Positions 21,019-30,814 of a stretch of DNA of 64,000 bases are shown piece by piece. The notes below the pieces were generated by a model. It was not told where the DNA came from, did no database searches, and worked only from the letters and a program-made list of their open reading frames with translations. The number at the start of each line of letters is the position of its first letter. Within the stretch, counting starts at the first letter, position 1. The translations under genes and the position numbers were made by a program. Location: NCBI GenBank assembly GCA_965263355.1, contig CBDHHL010000056.1:1952001-2016000 (forward strand), in the 5' to 3' direction. The stretch is from Leptolyngbyaceae cyanobacterium (GTDB lineage Bacteria; Cyanobacteriota; Cyanobacteriia; Phormidesmidales; Phormidesmidaceae).

Positions 21019-21348
21019 ATGAAGGCGGTAGTTTTGAATTCGACCGTTCAGGCCATTTCTGCGTCACCTACAGTGACGCAGGAAAGGGCTAATCAAGTTA
21101 CTCGACAGCCGTATCCTAACTACAAGGTGATTGTGCTTAATGATGATTTCAATACGTTTCAGCATGTGGCTGAGACGCTAGTGAAATATATCCCTCATAT
21201 GACACCAGATCAGGCTTGGAAGTTAACCAATCAGGTGCATTATGAGGGCCAAGCAACCGTATGGGTGGGGCCATTAGAGCAGGCAGAGCTTTACCACAGT
21301 CAGTTGATTCGTGCGGGATTGACTATGGCTCCTTTAGAGAAGGCTTAA
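21019..21348 (+). CDS. clpS: Clp protease adaptor ClpS
   Basis: YKVIVLNDDFNTF, QVHYEGQA. Confidence 0.92.
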   Translation: MKAVVLNSTVQAISASPTVTQERANQVTRQPYPNYKVIVLNDDFNTFQHVAETLVKYIPHMTPDQAWKLTNQVHYEGQATVWVGPLEQAELYHSQLIRAGLTMAPLEKA

Positions 21349-21352
21349 TCCG

Positions 21353-21649
21353 ATGGCCTCTGCTGATAAGGAGCCGACTGGGCGAGTAGTTTTAAACCAT
21401 TCCACCCATATACCCGGGTTGATTGCCATCCTGCATAAGCTGGCAGCTCATGCAGACATTAAAACCTTGACACCAGCCGTCATTAGTCGAGGGCGTTCTA
21501 ATGCGCCTAAATTGCGTCTAAAGGTATCAGTACCTATTCTGGGGGGGTTTAAGTTGATTGCCCGTAAAGGGTCATCGATTCAAGAAGTTTTCGTCATTAC
21601 TGATTTGACTGCAGAACAGCTCACAGCAGCCATTGACGCGGTTATGTAA
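21353..21649 (+). CDS. DUF2103 family protein
   Basis: GRVVLNHSTHIPGL, ARKGSSIQEVF. Confidence 0.8.
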   Translation: MASADKEPTGRVVLNHSTHIPGLIAILHKLAAHADIKTLTPAVISRGRSNAPKLRLKVSVPILGGFKLIARKGSSIQEVFVITDLTAEQLTAAIDAVM

Positions 21650-21688
21650 GCGTACAAAGCAACGGTCATACCGAATGGATCATGGACA

Positions 21689-22840
21689 ATGGCCAATCAG
21701 CAGTACCCATCAGACAATAAACAATGCCAAGAAGGCAAGGCACAGTTTTCGATCGCAAACGCCTTTTATCGCCCCTCCAGCCAAATAGGTCGTGATTTAG
21801 CCGTACTGGCCGCTAATCTCTACCGACAGCAGCATGGACAATTGCGAGTGATTGATGCGATGACGGGTTGCGGGGTGCGATCGCTACGCTACCATTTGGA
21901 AGCGGGTGCAGACTGGGTCTGGGCAAACGAAGGCAATCCGGAACTGGCAGGCTTGCTGCGTCGCAACTTGCGCCGGGGAATGACAGCAGGTTCCTATGAC
22001 ATTACCCACCAGGATGCCAACCAGCTATTTTTTAGGTGTGCCCAGCAGCAGGACTATTACGACCTGATTGACCTTGACAGCTTTGGCAGCCCTACAGCGT
22101 TTATCAACACAGCACTTTGGGCGATTAAGCTGGGGGGACTACTCTATCTCACCAGTACCGATGGCCGAACGACCAGTGGCCATGCCCTAGAAAAAAGCGT
22201 TCAGGTTTATGGGGCCTGTGCCCGCAGTCATCCGGCGGTGCATGAACAGGGGCTACGACTACTAATAGGGTGTGCCGCCCAGCAAGCGGCTGCCAAAGGA
22301 TTTCAGATTGAGCCAGTATTTTCGATTTTTAATGGGTCGATCCATCGGGTGATGGTGCGAGTGATCACAGGCACCTGGCAACATGAAAACTATGGTTTTT
22401 TGGCCTATTGCCATAGCTGTGGACAGTTTCGTACGGCTAATTGGCGACAATTGGGGCAGCTAGCATGTGATGGTTGTGGTGCGGCCCCAGTAGTCAGTGG
22501 ACCGATGTGGCTGGGGCCACTCCATGATGTAGCCTATATAGGCCAAATGGCGGCCTTAGCAACCCAGTGGAATTGGCCATCGCAAATTCACCGATTGTTG
22601 ACGATAATGAGCCAAGAAGCTGCTCTGCCCCCCTATTACTATCCTTTAGCGGAGATTGGTCGTCGAGGACAGATGGACATTCCAGCAAGGGAGCCGTTGA
22701 TTGAGGGAATTTGCGATCGCACCGATGCCTCAGGCGATCACTACCGTGCCACGCGTACCCACCTAAATCCTCAAGCGATTAAAACCAATGCTCCCCTAAG
22801 GGACTGCCTGGCAGTTGCTCGCTCCTTATCTGTTGGTTAA
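21689..22840 (+). CDS. Trm1-like tRNA (guanine-N2)-methyltransferase
   Basis: FYRP...RDL, DAMTGCGVRSLRY, DLIDLDSFGSP, LTSTD, CxxC...CxxC, GPMWLGPL. Confidence 0.8.
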   Translation: MANQQYPSDNKQCQEGKAQFSIANAFYRPSSQIGRDLAVLAANLYRQQHGQLRVIDAMTGCGVRSLRYHLEAGADWVWANEGNPELAGLLRRNLRRGMTAGSYDITHQDANQLFFRCAQQQDYYDLIDLDSFGSPTAFINTALWAIKLGGLLYLTSTDGRTTSGHALEKSVQVYGACARSHPAVHEQGLRLLIGCAAQQAAAKGFQIEPVFSIFNGSIHRVMVRVITGTWQHENYGFLAYCHSCGQFRTANWRQLGQLACDGCGAAPVVSGPMWLGPLHDVAYIGQMAALATQWNWPSQIHRLLTIMSQEAALPPYYYPLAEIGRRGQMDIPAREPLIEGICDRTDASGDHYRATRTHLNPQAIKTNAPLRDCLAVARSLSVG

Positions 22841-22847
22841 TTGAGAC

Positions 22848-22958
22848 TAATACGCAATCCAGACTGATAGCGTCCGGCATCAAAGGGCATCCACAAGGGA
22901 GTGCCCCTACAGGATTATCCATTTTGAATCGGGTTAAATAAATTCGGATTTGGTATAA
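22848..22958. mobile_element. Short MITE-like element containing a GTAG-type REP palindrome
   Basis: Imperfect terminal inverted repeats TAATACGCAATCC and GGATTTGGTATAA; internal GGGCATCCACAAGGGAGTGCCCCTAC (22885-22910). Confidence 0.5.
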
Positions 22959-23000
22959 CTTCCTATTCCGTCGGTTTGCTTAGCAAGTTGTTGGCAAAAA

Positions 23001-23636
23001 CTAACTGGCGAGGGTTTCTGTGTAAGACTCTTCTAACACAGCGCCAAAATTCTGTTTTGCATAGGTATTCTTCATGTGTTTCTTGACCGTATTCAATGCA
23101 ATATTAAGTTTTGCCGCGATTTTTTGATATGTGTAACCAATTCGGTGAAGTGCCCATACATCGGCTTCACGAGGACTGAAGTCGTACCGAATTGTTTCGG
23201 TAATGGCAAGATTTTCCCAGGATTGTTTTTGGTTTTCTAAAATCACCAAAATATGGGGATCAACATTGTTGCCTAGGTTAAACCATCTTACCCGAATACG
23301 AATATGGTCATAAGATTGTTTAAGGGTTAATTCCGATTCGGCGATAGTCAGATGATTAGGAAAGTTTTTGCGACTATTAATCAAGATCTGACATGTTTTC
23401 CAAATTTCTTGAGGAATCTGGTTTATACAAGGTTGATATTGGGCGATGCGATCGCAAATACTACAAGCAAGCGTATTACTACCTACCCATTGACCGCCTT
23501 CAGTCAAAATTAAAATGCCATCAATCCAGTTAGCAAAAACAGAATCTATGGGACTATTGGTCTTCGGTATAAGCTGATTGGGTAACGATGTAGATGGATA
23601 GCTAGAAAGCGTGCTTAAGGAACTTTGAGATGTCAT
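23001..23636 (-). CDS. LuxR-type HTH transcriptional regulator
   Basis: C-terminal FSPREADV...YQKIAAKLNIALNTVKKHMKN; PAS-like N-terminal region. Confidence 0.85.
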   Translation of the reverse strand: MTSQSSLSTLSSYPSTSLPNQLIPKTNSPIDSVFANWIDGILILTEGGQWVGSNTLACSICDRIAQYQPCINQIPQEIWKTCQILINSRKNFPNHLTIAESELTLKQSYDHIRIRVRWFNLGNNVDPHILVILENQKQSWENLAITETIRYDFSPREADVWALHRIGYTYQKIAAKLNIALNTVKKHMKNTYAKQNFGAVLEESYTETLAS

Positions 23637-23905
23637 GGTCCTCTCAGGATGATCAAACTTGGGGACAAAAAGTCGAGAAATCCGAGGCCCATTAAGGGGC
23701 TAACGACAGGGGTAGATGCGTCAGTTACTACTATTTAATACGGTGAACCAGGTAAATCTATGCACACTTCTACCAATCTCATATCAGCTTTCTGTCTGAC
23801 TCAATAAATGACCAAGTTACTTTTGCAAATCATTCTTCATGGTTATAGATTTGTGTCATTTTCCCGAACGGCAATATTACCCCCTCTTCATTAAAAAACC
23901 TTGCA

Positions 23906-25405
23906 CTAAGTCTTGTTCAATACTGTATCCAAAAAATCAATGGGGGTGATTAAAAGATGAGGATATTTCACATCGCCCAGGCGTTTGCCCTGTTGATAGT
24001 GATACTCCATCAAGCATTGAGGAATCTCTGGCGAGTCATATATTTTAATTGGTTGCAGTTGTCCTAAAAGACGGGCGTGGCGATAATGAAAACTACGGCA
24101 GAGTAACTTTTCTAAAGTCTGAGCTAATTGATCTGCAGGTTGACTGATTTGGTCAATTAATAAACTATAGTGGGGATGCGGCAATCGGCTAGGGACAAGA
24201 CATTTGAATGTAGTATTTACTAGATTTAGCTGGGTTAGCACCTGACTGACAAAATCAAGGGTTAGTTTTTCACCCACCATATCGCTGGTGTTATTGCTGC
24301 GACCGATAAAGCATAAACAGGGCGTAGTCTGATAATAGTGGGTGGGTTGGATGCGATCGCACATCCGGTAGCGATACAGTCCCCCCTTCTGGGAAATAAT
24401 CACACTATAGGTCTGTCCTAGTTCTAGCTCATGAAGTAAATAAATCTGGCCCGCGTCATCCTCAAACTCAAAGAAAACTTCTGTGACTAAAGGCACACAG
24501 CCGTTTGCTCGCATCAGGGGAACCGTCATGGGCGCTTCCGTTGCTAACAGCCCCTTACCCTGGATCAGAGTGTTAGGAAAATGCACCCGCAACCCACTGA
24601 CCTGATCTGCTGCCATGGCACTATCCCAACAAGAGATCAACTTGAGCTGAGGCCATAGTGCTTGCCAGTCAATTATTTCGTGATTTAACAACTGCGACCG
24701 TTCTGCGGAAAGCTGACCGTTGAGCTGAGATCGCAATGTCTGACGATGTGTTTGAATATAGTCAAGTTGTACTGTTAGAAAACTAGGACTCCAAATAGAA
24801 ATAATCTCCAGGCTTTCTTCTAGCAACAGCGTTTTACATAGGGTAGATTGAAACACTTCTGGTGGTTGAGGTTTATGGGCATCGGGGGGTAATACCAGAA
24901 ACGGTTTTAGCAGCCAGCGTAACCATGGATCTAAGTATTCAGAATCGTCCTGTAAACCTTCGGTAGTTTCTCCTGGAGCCAACAGCTTAGGAGAGATACA
25001 CATATATACTTTACCCGTCTTAAAGGTGGGACCATGGGTAATCAAATCATGGGCCCAGATACAAAACAACGTGTTAAACGACTTTCTCAGGGCATGCGTA
25101 TAGGGGATACGTTTGGCTGGGCCACTACTGCCTGATGTTTGCTCATAGAAGAGAATTGGGTCTGGGGTCAGAGTATGTTTATTCTCTATCCAGGGATGCA
25201 AATCTTCATAGGTCACAATAGGTAGCTTGTGCCAGTCCTCGACCGAGATAATTCCTAAGGACTGGCCATAGTCACTCTGACTGAGTTGTTGAACCAGTAC
25301 TCTTTGTAACTCTCGTTGTGCCGTCTGAGGCTGAGACAATGCCTGATAAAAACGGTTTGCGGTAGGTGCCAACAGGGCACCAATCCCTTTAATCAGCCAC
25401 TGCAT
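23906..25405 (-). CDS. GH3 family acyl-acid amido synthetase-like protein
   Basis: LPIVTYED, QTSGSSG..KRIP, LLATEA, GGLYRY..D, FIGR, GEK; GAGGAG RBS before ATG 25405. Confidence 0.88.
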   Translation of the reverse strand: MQWLIKGIGALLAPTANRFYQALSQPQTAQRELQRVLVQQLSQSDYGQSLGIISVEDWHKLPIVTYEDLHPWIENKHTLTPDPILFYEQTSGSSGPAKRIPYTHALRKSFNTLFCIWAHDLITHGPTFKTGKVYMCISPKLLAPGETTEGLQDDSEYLDPWLRWLLKPFLVLPPDAHKPQPPEVFQSTLCKTLLLEESLEIISIWSPSFLTVQLDYIQTHRQTLRSQLNGQLSAERSQLLNHEIIDWQALWPQLKLISCWDSAMAADQVSGLRVHFPNTLIQGKGLLATEAPMTVPLMRANGCVPLVTEVFFEFEDDAGQIYLLHELELGQTYSVIISQKGGLYRYRMCDRIQPTHYYQTTPCLCFIGRSNNTSDMVGEKLTLDFVSQVLTQLNLVNTTFKCLVPSRLPHPHYSLLIDQISQPADQLAQTLEKLLCRSFHYRHARLLGQLQPIKIYDSPEIPQCLMEYHYQQGKRLGDVKYPHLLITPIDFLDTVLNKT

Positions 25406-26042
25406 GGTTGGCCTCCTCGGTCTCACTATCTGGCTCACCGATGGTTTTATTGGGGTAGAGTTCACTACCTGCTGCTAAAAAGCTGCCCGCTGTTATGGTA
25501 GCTCCTGGGCCAATATATGAGCCTGCGCCAATAAAGCTGTCATCACCAATGGTGATGGGTTTTAGGTATAGCATTAAGTTGTCGCGGCGAGGTTTAACAA
25601 TATGACTGTAGAGTCCCACCTGATGGCCAAAGACAACGTTATCGCCAATGGTTAACAGCCCCCGATCGGCAATTTCTAAGCCCGGTGTCCAGTAGACTTG
25701 TTTGCCTATCTGGGCTCCCCATAGGCGTAACCATATGGAAAATAGACCGGGCACTAGCCTTAATAGGGTTTCTAATGCTGGGAAAGCGATATAAATGAGT
25801 TGTAATTGGTGGCTTCCCCACCAGGGAGAATAATTTTCTCCCTGGAGATAGCTGATGCCATTTTTGAGGGGATAGATTTGCTGGTGGAGTCGATAGACAA
25901 GAACGGGAAACCCGTAAAGAAAGAAAATACATAGCATTAAACTCCACAGGCTATGCTCCCAGATACTGTAGACGAGGGAGAGACCGGCTAAGCCCAACGT
26001 TAGGGCTGGGAAAAAGGATAAAAACTTACTTAACAGGGTCAT
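25389..26042 (-). CDS. Membrane-anchored hexapeptide-repeat acyltransferase
   Basis: WGAQIGKQV, LTIGDNVVFG, ITIGDDSFIGAGSYIGPGATI (left-handed beta-helix). Confidence 0.8.
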   Translation of the reverse strand: MTLLSKFLSFFPALTLGLAGLSLVYSIWEHSLWSLMLCIFFLYGFPVLVYRLHQQIYPLKNGISYLQGENYSPWWGSHQLQLIYIAFPALETLLRLVPGLFSIWLRLWGAQIGKQVYWTPGLEIADRGLLTIGDNVVFGHQVGLYSHIVKPRRDNLMLYLKPITIGDDSFIGAGSYIGPGATITAGSFLAAGSELYPNKTIGEPDSETEEANHAVAD

Positions 26043-26253
26043 GATTAGAGCGGGAGCGGGGACCTACCCAGATAGCGGCCCCGGTGACCAGGGGAATTAA
26101 GGCAAAGATGCCACCAAAGAGCAGGGGATATGTTTTAGCTGCGGGCACAGTTAAAACGATGGCAAAGACTAGACCGCAGTAAAGTAATGCGGCAAAGGGA
26201 ATGGCGCAGATGATCCAGAACATCAGGCGCTCATTGGATTCTATCGATGACAT
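26026..26253 (-). CDS. Small two-TM membrane protein
   Basis: 75 aa, two hydrophobic helices, overlaps the downstream acyltransferase start. Confidence 0.65.
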   Translation of the reverse strand: MSSIESNERLMFWIICAIPFAALLYCGLVFAIVLTVPAAKTYPLLFGGIFALIPLVTGAAIWVGPRSRSNHDPVK

Positions 26254-26318
26254 AGGGTAGAACCAGGTAATGAATTGGATAGGAGTTCAGTCTAGCGAAT
26301 GGGGATGGGCAAGTGTTG

Positions 26319-27134
26319 TCATTGATCGGTATCAATCATTTTTTTGGTGTGCTTTGAGCAAATGGCAAAATCGGCTGCCTGGGGTCCCTCCGTGTTCACG
26401 TTCGTAGGATCTATCGGATAAATCAGTTGTCTCCATAATCTCAACTTACTGTTCTCACCTAGAGTAGATGGCCACTGGACTGACTGATATAAGGTGCCGT
26501 GAAGGCGATCCCACAGCTTAAAATTGGCACCATAATTACAGGCATGCGCAGCACTATGATGATGCCAGCCATGGTCCTGAGGCAACACTAACCAGGGCGA
26601 TAGCCAACCATACAATCGACTGTCTATGGCCGGACTAAACTGACTATGTCGCCACAGGTCTAAGGCTGCAGTCAAGCTAATACCCACAAGGTAAGCGTCA
26701 GGATCATCTAACACATAAATAAACAATCCGTGCACCCACAAGTACACAATCAAAAAACTACTCCACAGTGTATTGCGCGACGTGCCTAAGACATCCATGG
26801 TGCTCACTGTATGATGCACCTGATGGGCAAACCACCCCCAGCGACTGTGGAGAAATCGATGGTTCCAGTAGTAGAGATAGTCGACTGCAACAAAACTCAA
26901 CAGAAATGCTAAACCACCAGACAATAAAACACAATGGCTCCATCCAGGAAATAGTTGCTGATACAACCACTGCAGTAGGGTGAGCTGTAATAGGGGAATC
27001 AAGAGACCCTGAATCCATAGACCAGTACTGTCTAGAATCCAGTCCCTAAAAGGTTTTTGCACCAATTCTGACCAGCTTCGCCAGAGGGTGAGCCCCACAA
27101 GAAGAACAAAAGTACCAAAAACAACCATGGTCAT
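26319..27134 (-). CDS. Sterol desaturase / fatty acid hydroxylase family protein
   Basis: His boxes YWNHRFLH, HQVHH, WRH, DHGWHH; NYG...LWDRLHGT. Confidence 0.9.
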   Translation of the reverse strand: MTMVVFGTFVLLVGLTLWRSWSELVQKPFRDWILDSTGLWIQGLLIPLLQLTLLQWLYQQLFPGWSHCVLLSGGLAFLLSFVAVDYLYYWNHRFLHSRWGWFAHQVHHTVSTMDVLGTSRNTLWSSFLIVYLWVHGLFIYVLDDPDAYLVGISLTAALDLWRHSQFSPAIDSRLYGWLSPWLVLPQDHGWHHHSAAHACNYGANFKLWDRLHGTLYQSVQWPSTLGENSKLRLWRQLIYPIDPTNVNTEGPQAADFAICSKHTKKMIDTDQ

Positions 27135-27142
27135 AATTTGGC

Positions 27143-28183
27143 CTATACCCAAAACATGACGTCAGCAGACTTGTCGGGCAAGGTGCGAGGATCCTTGCCT
27201 GCAGCAATGGCATCTCGAATGGATTCGACAAAAATGTGAATGGTGTCAGCTGGGGTGTGGTGAAAGTGAGTGCCGTATTTTGCGATCGCATCCCCCTGCA
27301 CTCCTAACGCCACAATATCTTGATCAATAATGCGTTGTGCCGTCCACCGCACCAGGGGTTTTGCTAGCCAATTCCATAGGCCATAGTTAAAGGTGACATC
27401 GGTATACACCAGCGTAGAAGTCTCTGTTTCTGGAATCGACTGACTGGTAATAAAACAGCGCCGATGAGGCCCCATGGTGTACTCTACACTCGTCACATTG
27501 GGCATATGAAAAGAGTCTCGATGGTAGATTTCATTACCCTGTGGGTTTAAAAACCAACGCGACCAGCCCAGGTTATTGGTCTCATTGCGATAGGTCGCTG
27601 TCACGGTGCCCCGGTGTCGAGTTACCGTCATCGCCAGCTGCTGTTGTCGCGCTGTGCGAAAGATGCCAGGATGCACCGAGACCGTATGGGGAATGTCGAT
27701 AAAGTTCTCAGCGCAGTTCGTCACACTATTAGCAAACCGATTGATTACCCGCACGGTTTCCCAACCCGGTGCTTGATAATGGGGCATGGCAAACGGCGGC
27801 ATATCCAATGTGCCCCGCAGCCTCACATACACATACCCATCTTGCTCGCAGGTGTCATAGGTTTTAGCACAGCGATTGGGGATAGGCGTAATCTGCGCTC
27901 CTTCAGCAGGGACATTGGTGACCTGCCCTGTCTGGTCATATTGCCAACCATGGTAGGGACATTGCAGTTGCCCTTGATTGACGTGCCCTCCAGACAGTCG
28001 CGTATTGCGATGGAGACAGCGATCCCGTAAGGCCACTGGCTGACCATTGGCACCGCGAAAAATCACCAGCCATTCATCTAGAACAGTGCGGTGCAAAACC
28101 GTTTTAGCATTGAGCTGGGCGCTAAGGGCAACGACATACCAAAAGTCTTCAAACTGAATTGGGATAGTGATCGGAGGTTCCAT
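27143..28183 (-). CDS. Rieske non-heme iron oxygenase 3
   Basis: DRCLHR...CPYHGW Rieske motif; ENFIDIPHTVSVH mononuclear Fe motif. Confidence 0.92.
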   Translation of the reverse strand: MEPPITIPIQFEDFWYVVALSAQLNAKTVLHRTVLDEWLVIFRGANGQPVALRDRCLHRNTRLSGGHVNQGQLQCPYHGWQYDQTGQVTNVPAEGAQITPIPNRCAKTYDTCEQDGYVYVRLRGTLDMPPFAMPHYQAPGWETVRVINRFANSVTNCAENFIDIPHTVSVHPGIFRTARQQQLAMTVTRHRGTVTATYRNETNNLGWSRWFLNPQGNEIYHRDSFHMPNVTSVEYTMGPHRRCFITSQSIPETETSTLVYTDVTFNYGLWNWLAKPLVRWTAQRIIDQDIVALGVQGDAIAKYGTHFHHTPADTIHIFVESIRDAIAAGKDPRTLPDKSADVMFWV

Positions 28184-28457
28184 AGGGACAAATTTCCAGG
28201 TCGCGGGTGACGTCAAGCTGACAGGCAAGGCGGGCATTAGGACAGTCTGGGGCCAGCAGGTCCAGCAGTTCTTGTTCATCGGTATCTGCTGGCGGAACGT
28301 CACCGGTAACCGTGACTAAACAGGTACCGCAGATGCCAGTGCGACAGCCAAATAGGATGGGAGAATTTTGGATGGTGAGAACGTCAGCCAGAGGCACGTG
28401 TGGGTTGAGGATCATGGCGGCATGATCGGTGTTAGGAAAAGAGATTTTACAGGACAT
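28149..28457 (-). CDS. 2Fe-2S ferredoxin
   Basis: FGCRTGICGTC...RLACQ. Confidence 0.9.
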   Translation of the reverse strand: MSCKISFPNTDHAAMILNPHVPLADVLTIQNSPILFGCRTGICGTCLVTVTGDVPPADTDEQELLDLLAPDCPNARLACQLDVTRDLEICPYGTSDHYPNSV

Positions 28458-28461
28458 TGCC

Positions 28462-29583
28462 TCATCCCCTCCGACTATGCTCAGGTGAAAGCCCAACGCC
28501 TTCTGCCTGGGGAGAAGGAGAGATAGCGCTTAGACGTTGTTTTTTGGATAAAGTAGGTTCGTTGTTCAAGGCCCCTCTCCCTAGTACGGACCACTTGGAA
28601 GGCACTAACCCATTCACATATCTGACATAGTGAGCGATGGGCGCATCTACTGGCAACAGTCGCTCGGTACTAAAGCGAATATTGTCGTAAATCATGCCAT
28701 CTTCACCGCGTAGAGCATAGTAGCTCAACCGTGTTAGCCACAACAGTAGATGAGTCATTATCCACCCAAGTAAACCTGGGCGTTTCTTGGTCACATAAAT
28801 CGGTTGAATCAATGTTTCTCTCATACCTGTCTCTTCTGAGACCATCGGTCGATAGGCATAGAGCATATGTAGTTCAGGCAGCCAACGCACCTCTTTCATC
28901 ATGGTAAGCAGCCCCAAACAGCCATGGGCATAGCGCATGGAATAGGCATAGCGGGGACCTAAAATGGCTCGACCTAATCGTTCTCGCCAGTTAGTATTGA
29001 GAAACTCGCCGCTGAGGGTAAAGTCAATTTGTTCCCCCTCTTGCTGCAGTGACAGTTCTAAGTCGACGGGCAAATGGTGGACTGTTTGCAGGTGCTGCAC
29101 ATCAATGCCATTAATCATACAAATGTGATGATGACACTTGCGAGTCAGGGGCTTGTCTGCAACCACCGCTAACTCATGGCCCTTGAGTTGATCAAAGTCT
29201 GCAACAGGCATCGGTGCCACCTGATCTGGGTAAATCCAAATAAACCCATACTTTTCTTCCGTGGCATAGGACGATAACGTCGCACTGGGGGGGATATGTT
29301 CCTGGCAGGGAATGTCCTGGCATTGGCCCTCTCCATCAAAGGCCCAGTGATGGAAAAAACAACGGACCTGGTTACCGTCAACCCTGCCGATGCCTAAGTC
29401 GGTGCCCATATGGGGGCAATAGGCGTCCAATGCCCGGACTTGACCATCCTCACCCCGGAATAGGGCAATGTGTTGACCACAAATGTCAAAGGATTTAACG
29501 GTTTCTTTAGGAATTTCTTTGGATGCTGCCACCAGGTACCATCCTTTAGCCACTATATCCCAATTGTTAAATAGTGTTGTCAT
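28462..29583 (-). CDS. Rieske non-heme iron oxygenase 2
   Basis: YCPHMG...CFFHHW; NGIDVQHLQTVH. Confidence 0.92.
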   Translation of the reverse strand: MTTLFNNWDIVAKGWYLVAASKEIPKETVKSFDICGQHIALFRGEDGQVRALDAYCPHMGTDLGIGRVDGNQVRCFFHHWAFDGEGQCQDIPCQEHIPPSATLSSYATEEKYGFIWIYPDQVAPMPVADFDQLKGHELAVVADKPLTRKCHHHICMINGIDVQHLQTVHHLPVDLELSLQQEGEQIDFTLSGEFLNTNWRERLGRAILGPRYAYSMRYAHGCLGLLTMMKEVRWLPELHMLYAYRPMVSEETGMRETLIQPIYVTKKRPGLLGWIMTHLLLWLTRLSYYALRGEDGMIYDNIRFSTERLLPVDAPIAHYVRYVNGLVPSKWSVLGRGALNNEPTLSKKQRLSAISPSPQAEGVGLSPEHSRRG

Positions 29584-30814
29584 GGGTTTTTTCCATATGT
29601 ACATTAATATTTCCGCCTGCGGCAGGTGATATTGGCGATACAGCGTCAAATTTTGCCAAAACCATATCTTGAAAAAATCTGCTCAAGGCTCTCTGCTGTA
29701 TCTGCAAATACTTATCAATCGAGGCCTTGCCCATAATTGCCATAGTGCGATTACTCGACCAGACGTAATCCAACGGTTCTAAATATGCTTGGTAAGATGA
29801 TCTGGCCTCTTGGTGGGTTTTATAGCTGCGGTGTAAGCCATCGGATTCTTGGGTAAAGCATGCCTGCATCATGTGTTTTGCGTCGGCCTCATCCATGGCA
29901 AAGATGTGCGATCGCAACAATTTATACACCCTGGAATACAATGCTGGATCGTGCCAAAAAATACCATTCACCGCCACTGAAAATTGCTGATGATCGTGCT
30001 GACACCCCCGAATGCCAAGATTAGCCACCAGAGTTTCAAACCGGGTGGGTTGGGGTAAACACTGAATCACTTCATGGGACAGTAGGGTGGAACTATTAAA
30101 GTGAAAACTCTCATCCATAAAGTGATAAAACGAGATTTTAGATGGAATAGGGGTATTTTCTGGATCGTCTTGGGTTTGATAGTAGCGACTGAGCTGATGC
30201 TGCACGAGTTTGCCATTGAGGGTACGCAGACCTCGGACAGTAAAATATTGACAAGCGAGAAAACTATTACAGGCTGAAATCAGTCCAAATGCCTGCAGCT
30301 GTAGTCTCTTCCACCATAGTTTAAGGGAATTTGTATCCCCAAAAATCATGGTTTCTGTAAAGGGTCCCCGCATGGGGTAGCTAAAGAGTCGCTGCCCCAA
30401 TAATGTTTGCTCCGTTTGTTCTGCCACAGTCTGAAATGCACTGATATGGGCCCGCTCTTGGGAAGATTCTAGATCCAGCATGTCGCAAACAGTCCGAAAC
30501 CCCTCGTGGGCATAGAGCGCAGCCGCACTGGTTTGGTTAAAAAAGATAGTGGCAATCTCAGCCGAGATAATTTGGCAGTAATAGGCCACCCAATAAAGCT
30601 GATTCAACACCGTTCGTTGGGACTCGCTGGATTGGTCCCACAGAGGGGTGCCGTACAGTAGTGAAAAAACCTCAGGGTTCCAATAGTGATCACGGCACTG
30701 GTCATAGCTAAATGCCTGACCAGCATTATCTAACAGCGTTGTATGGTCTTGCTGCTGATTGCGCCGATAGTTAATGTCTAGCCGACGTTGCAGCAGGGGA
30801 TTCTTGCTATCCAT
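29567..30814 (-). CDS. CylC/AurF-like dimetal-carboxylate enzyme (putative halogenase or N-oxygenase)
   Basis: YWNPE.FSLLYGTPLW, QIISAEIAT, ESSQERAH and YHFMDESFH match the pattern I recognise from cyanobacterial CylC homologs. Confidence 0.75.
   Translation of the reverse strand: MDSKNPLLQRRLDINYRRNQQQDHTTLLDNAGQAFSYDQCRDHYWNPEVFSLLYGTPLWDQSSESQRTVLNQLYWVAYYCQIISAEIATIFFNQTSAAALYAHEGFRTVCDMLDLESSQERAHISAFQTVAEQTEQTLLGQRLFSYPMRGPFTETMIFGDTNSLKLWWKRLQLQAFGLISACNSFLACQYFTVRGLRTLNGKLVQHQLSRYYQTQDDPENTPIPSKISFYHFMDESFHFNSSTLLSHEVIQCLPQPTRFETLVANLGIRGCQHDHQQFSVAVNGIFWHDPALYSRVYKLLRSHIFAMDEADAKHMMQACFTQESDGLHRSYKTHQEARSSYQAYLEPLDYVWSSNRTMAIMGKASIDKYLQIQQRALSRFFQDMVLAKFDAVSPISPAAGGNINVHMEKTHDNTI

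Noticed and set aside
20626..21092. ORFs 20712-21092 (+) and 20626-20871 (-), or an ncRNA such as 6S RNA
   Set aside because: No recognisable motifs, the + ORF overlaps clpS out of frame, and I could not match a known RNA family
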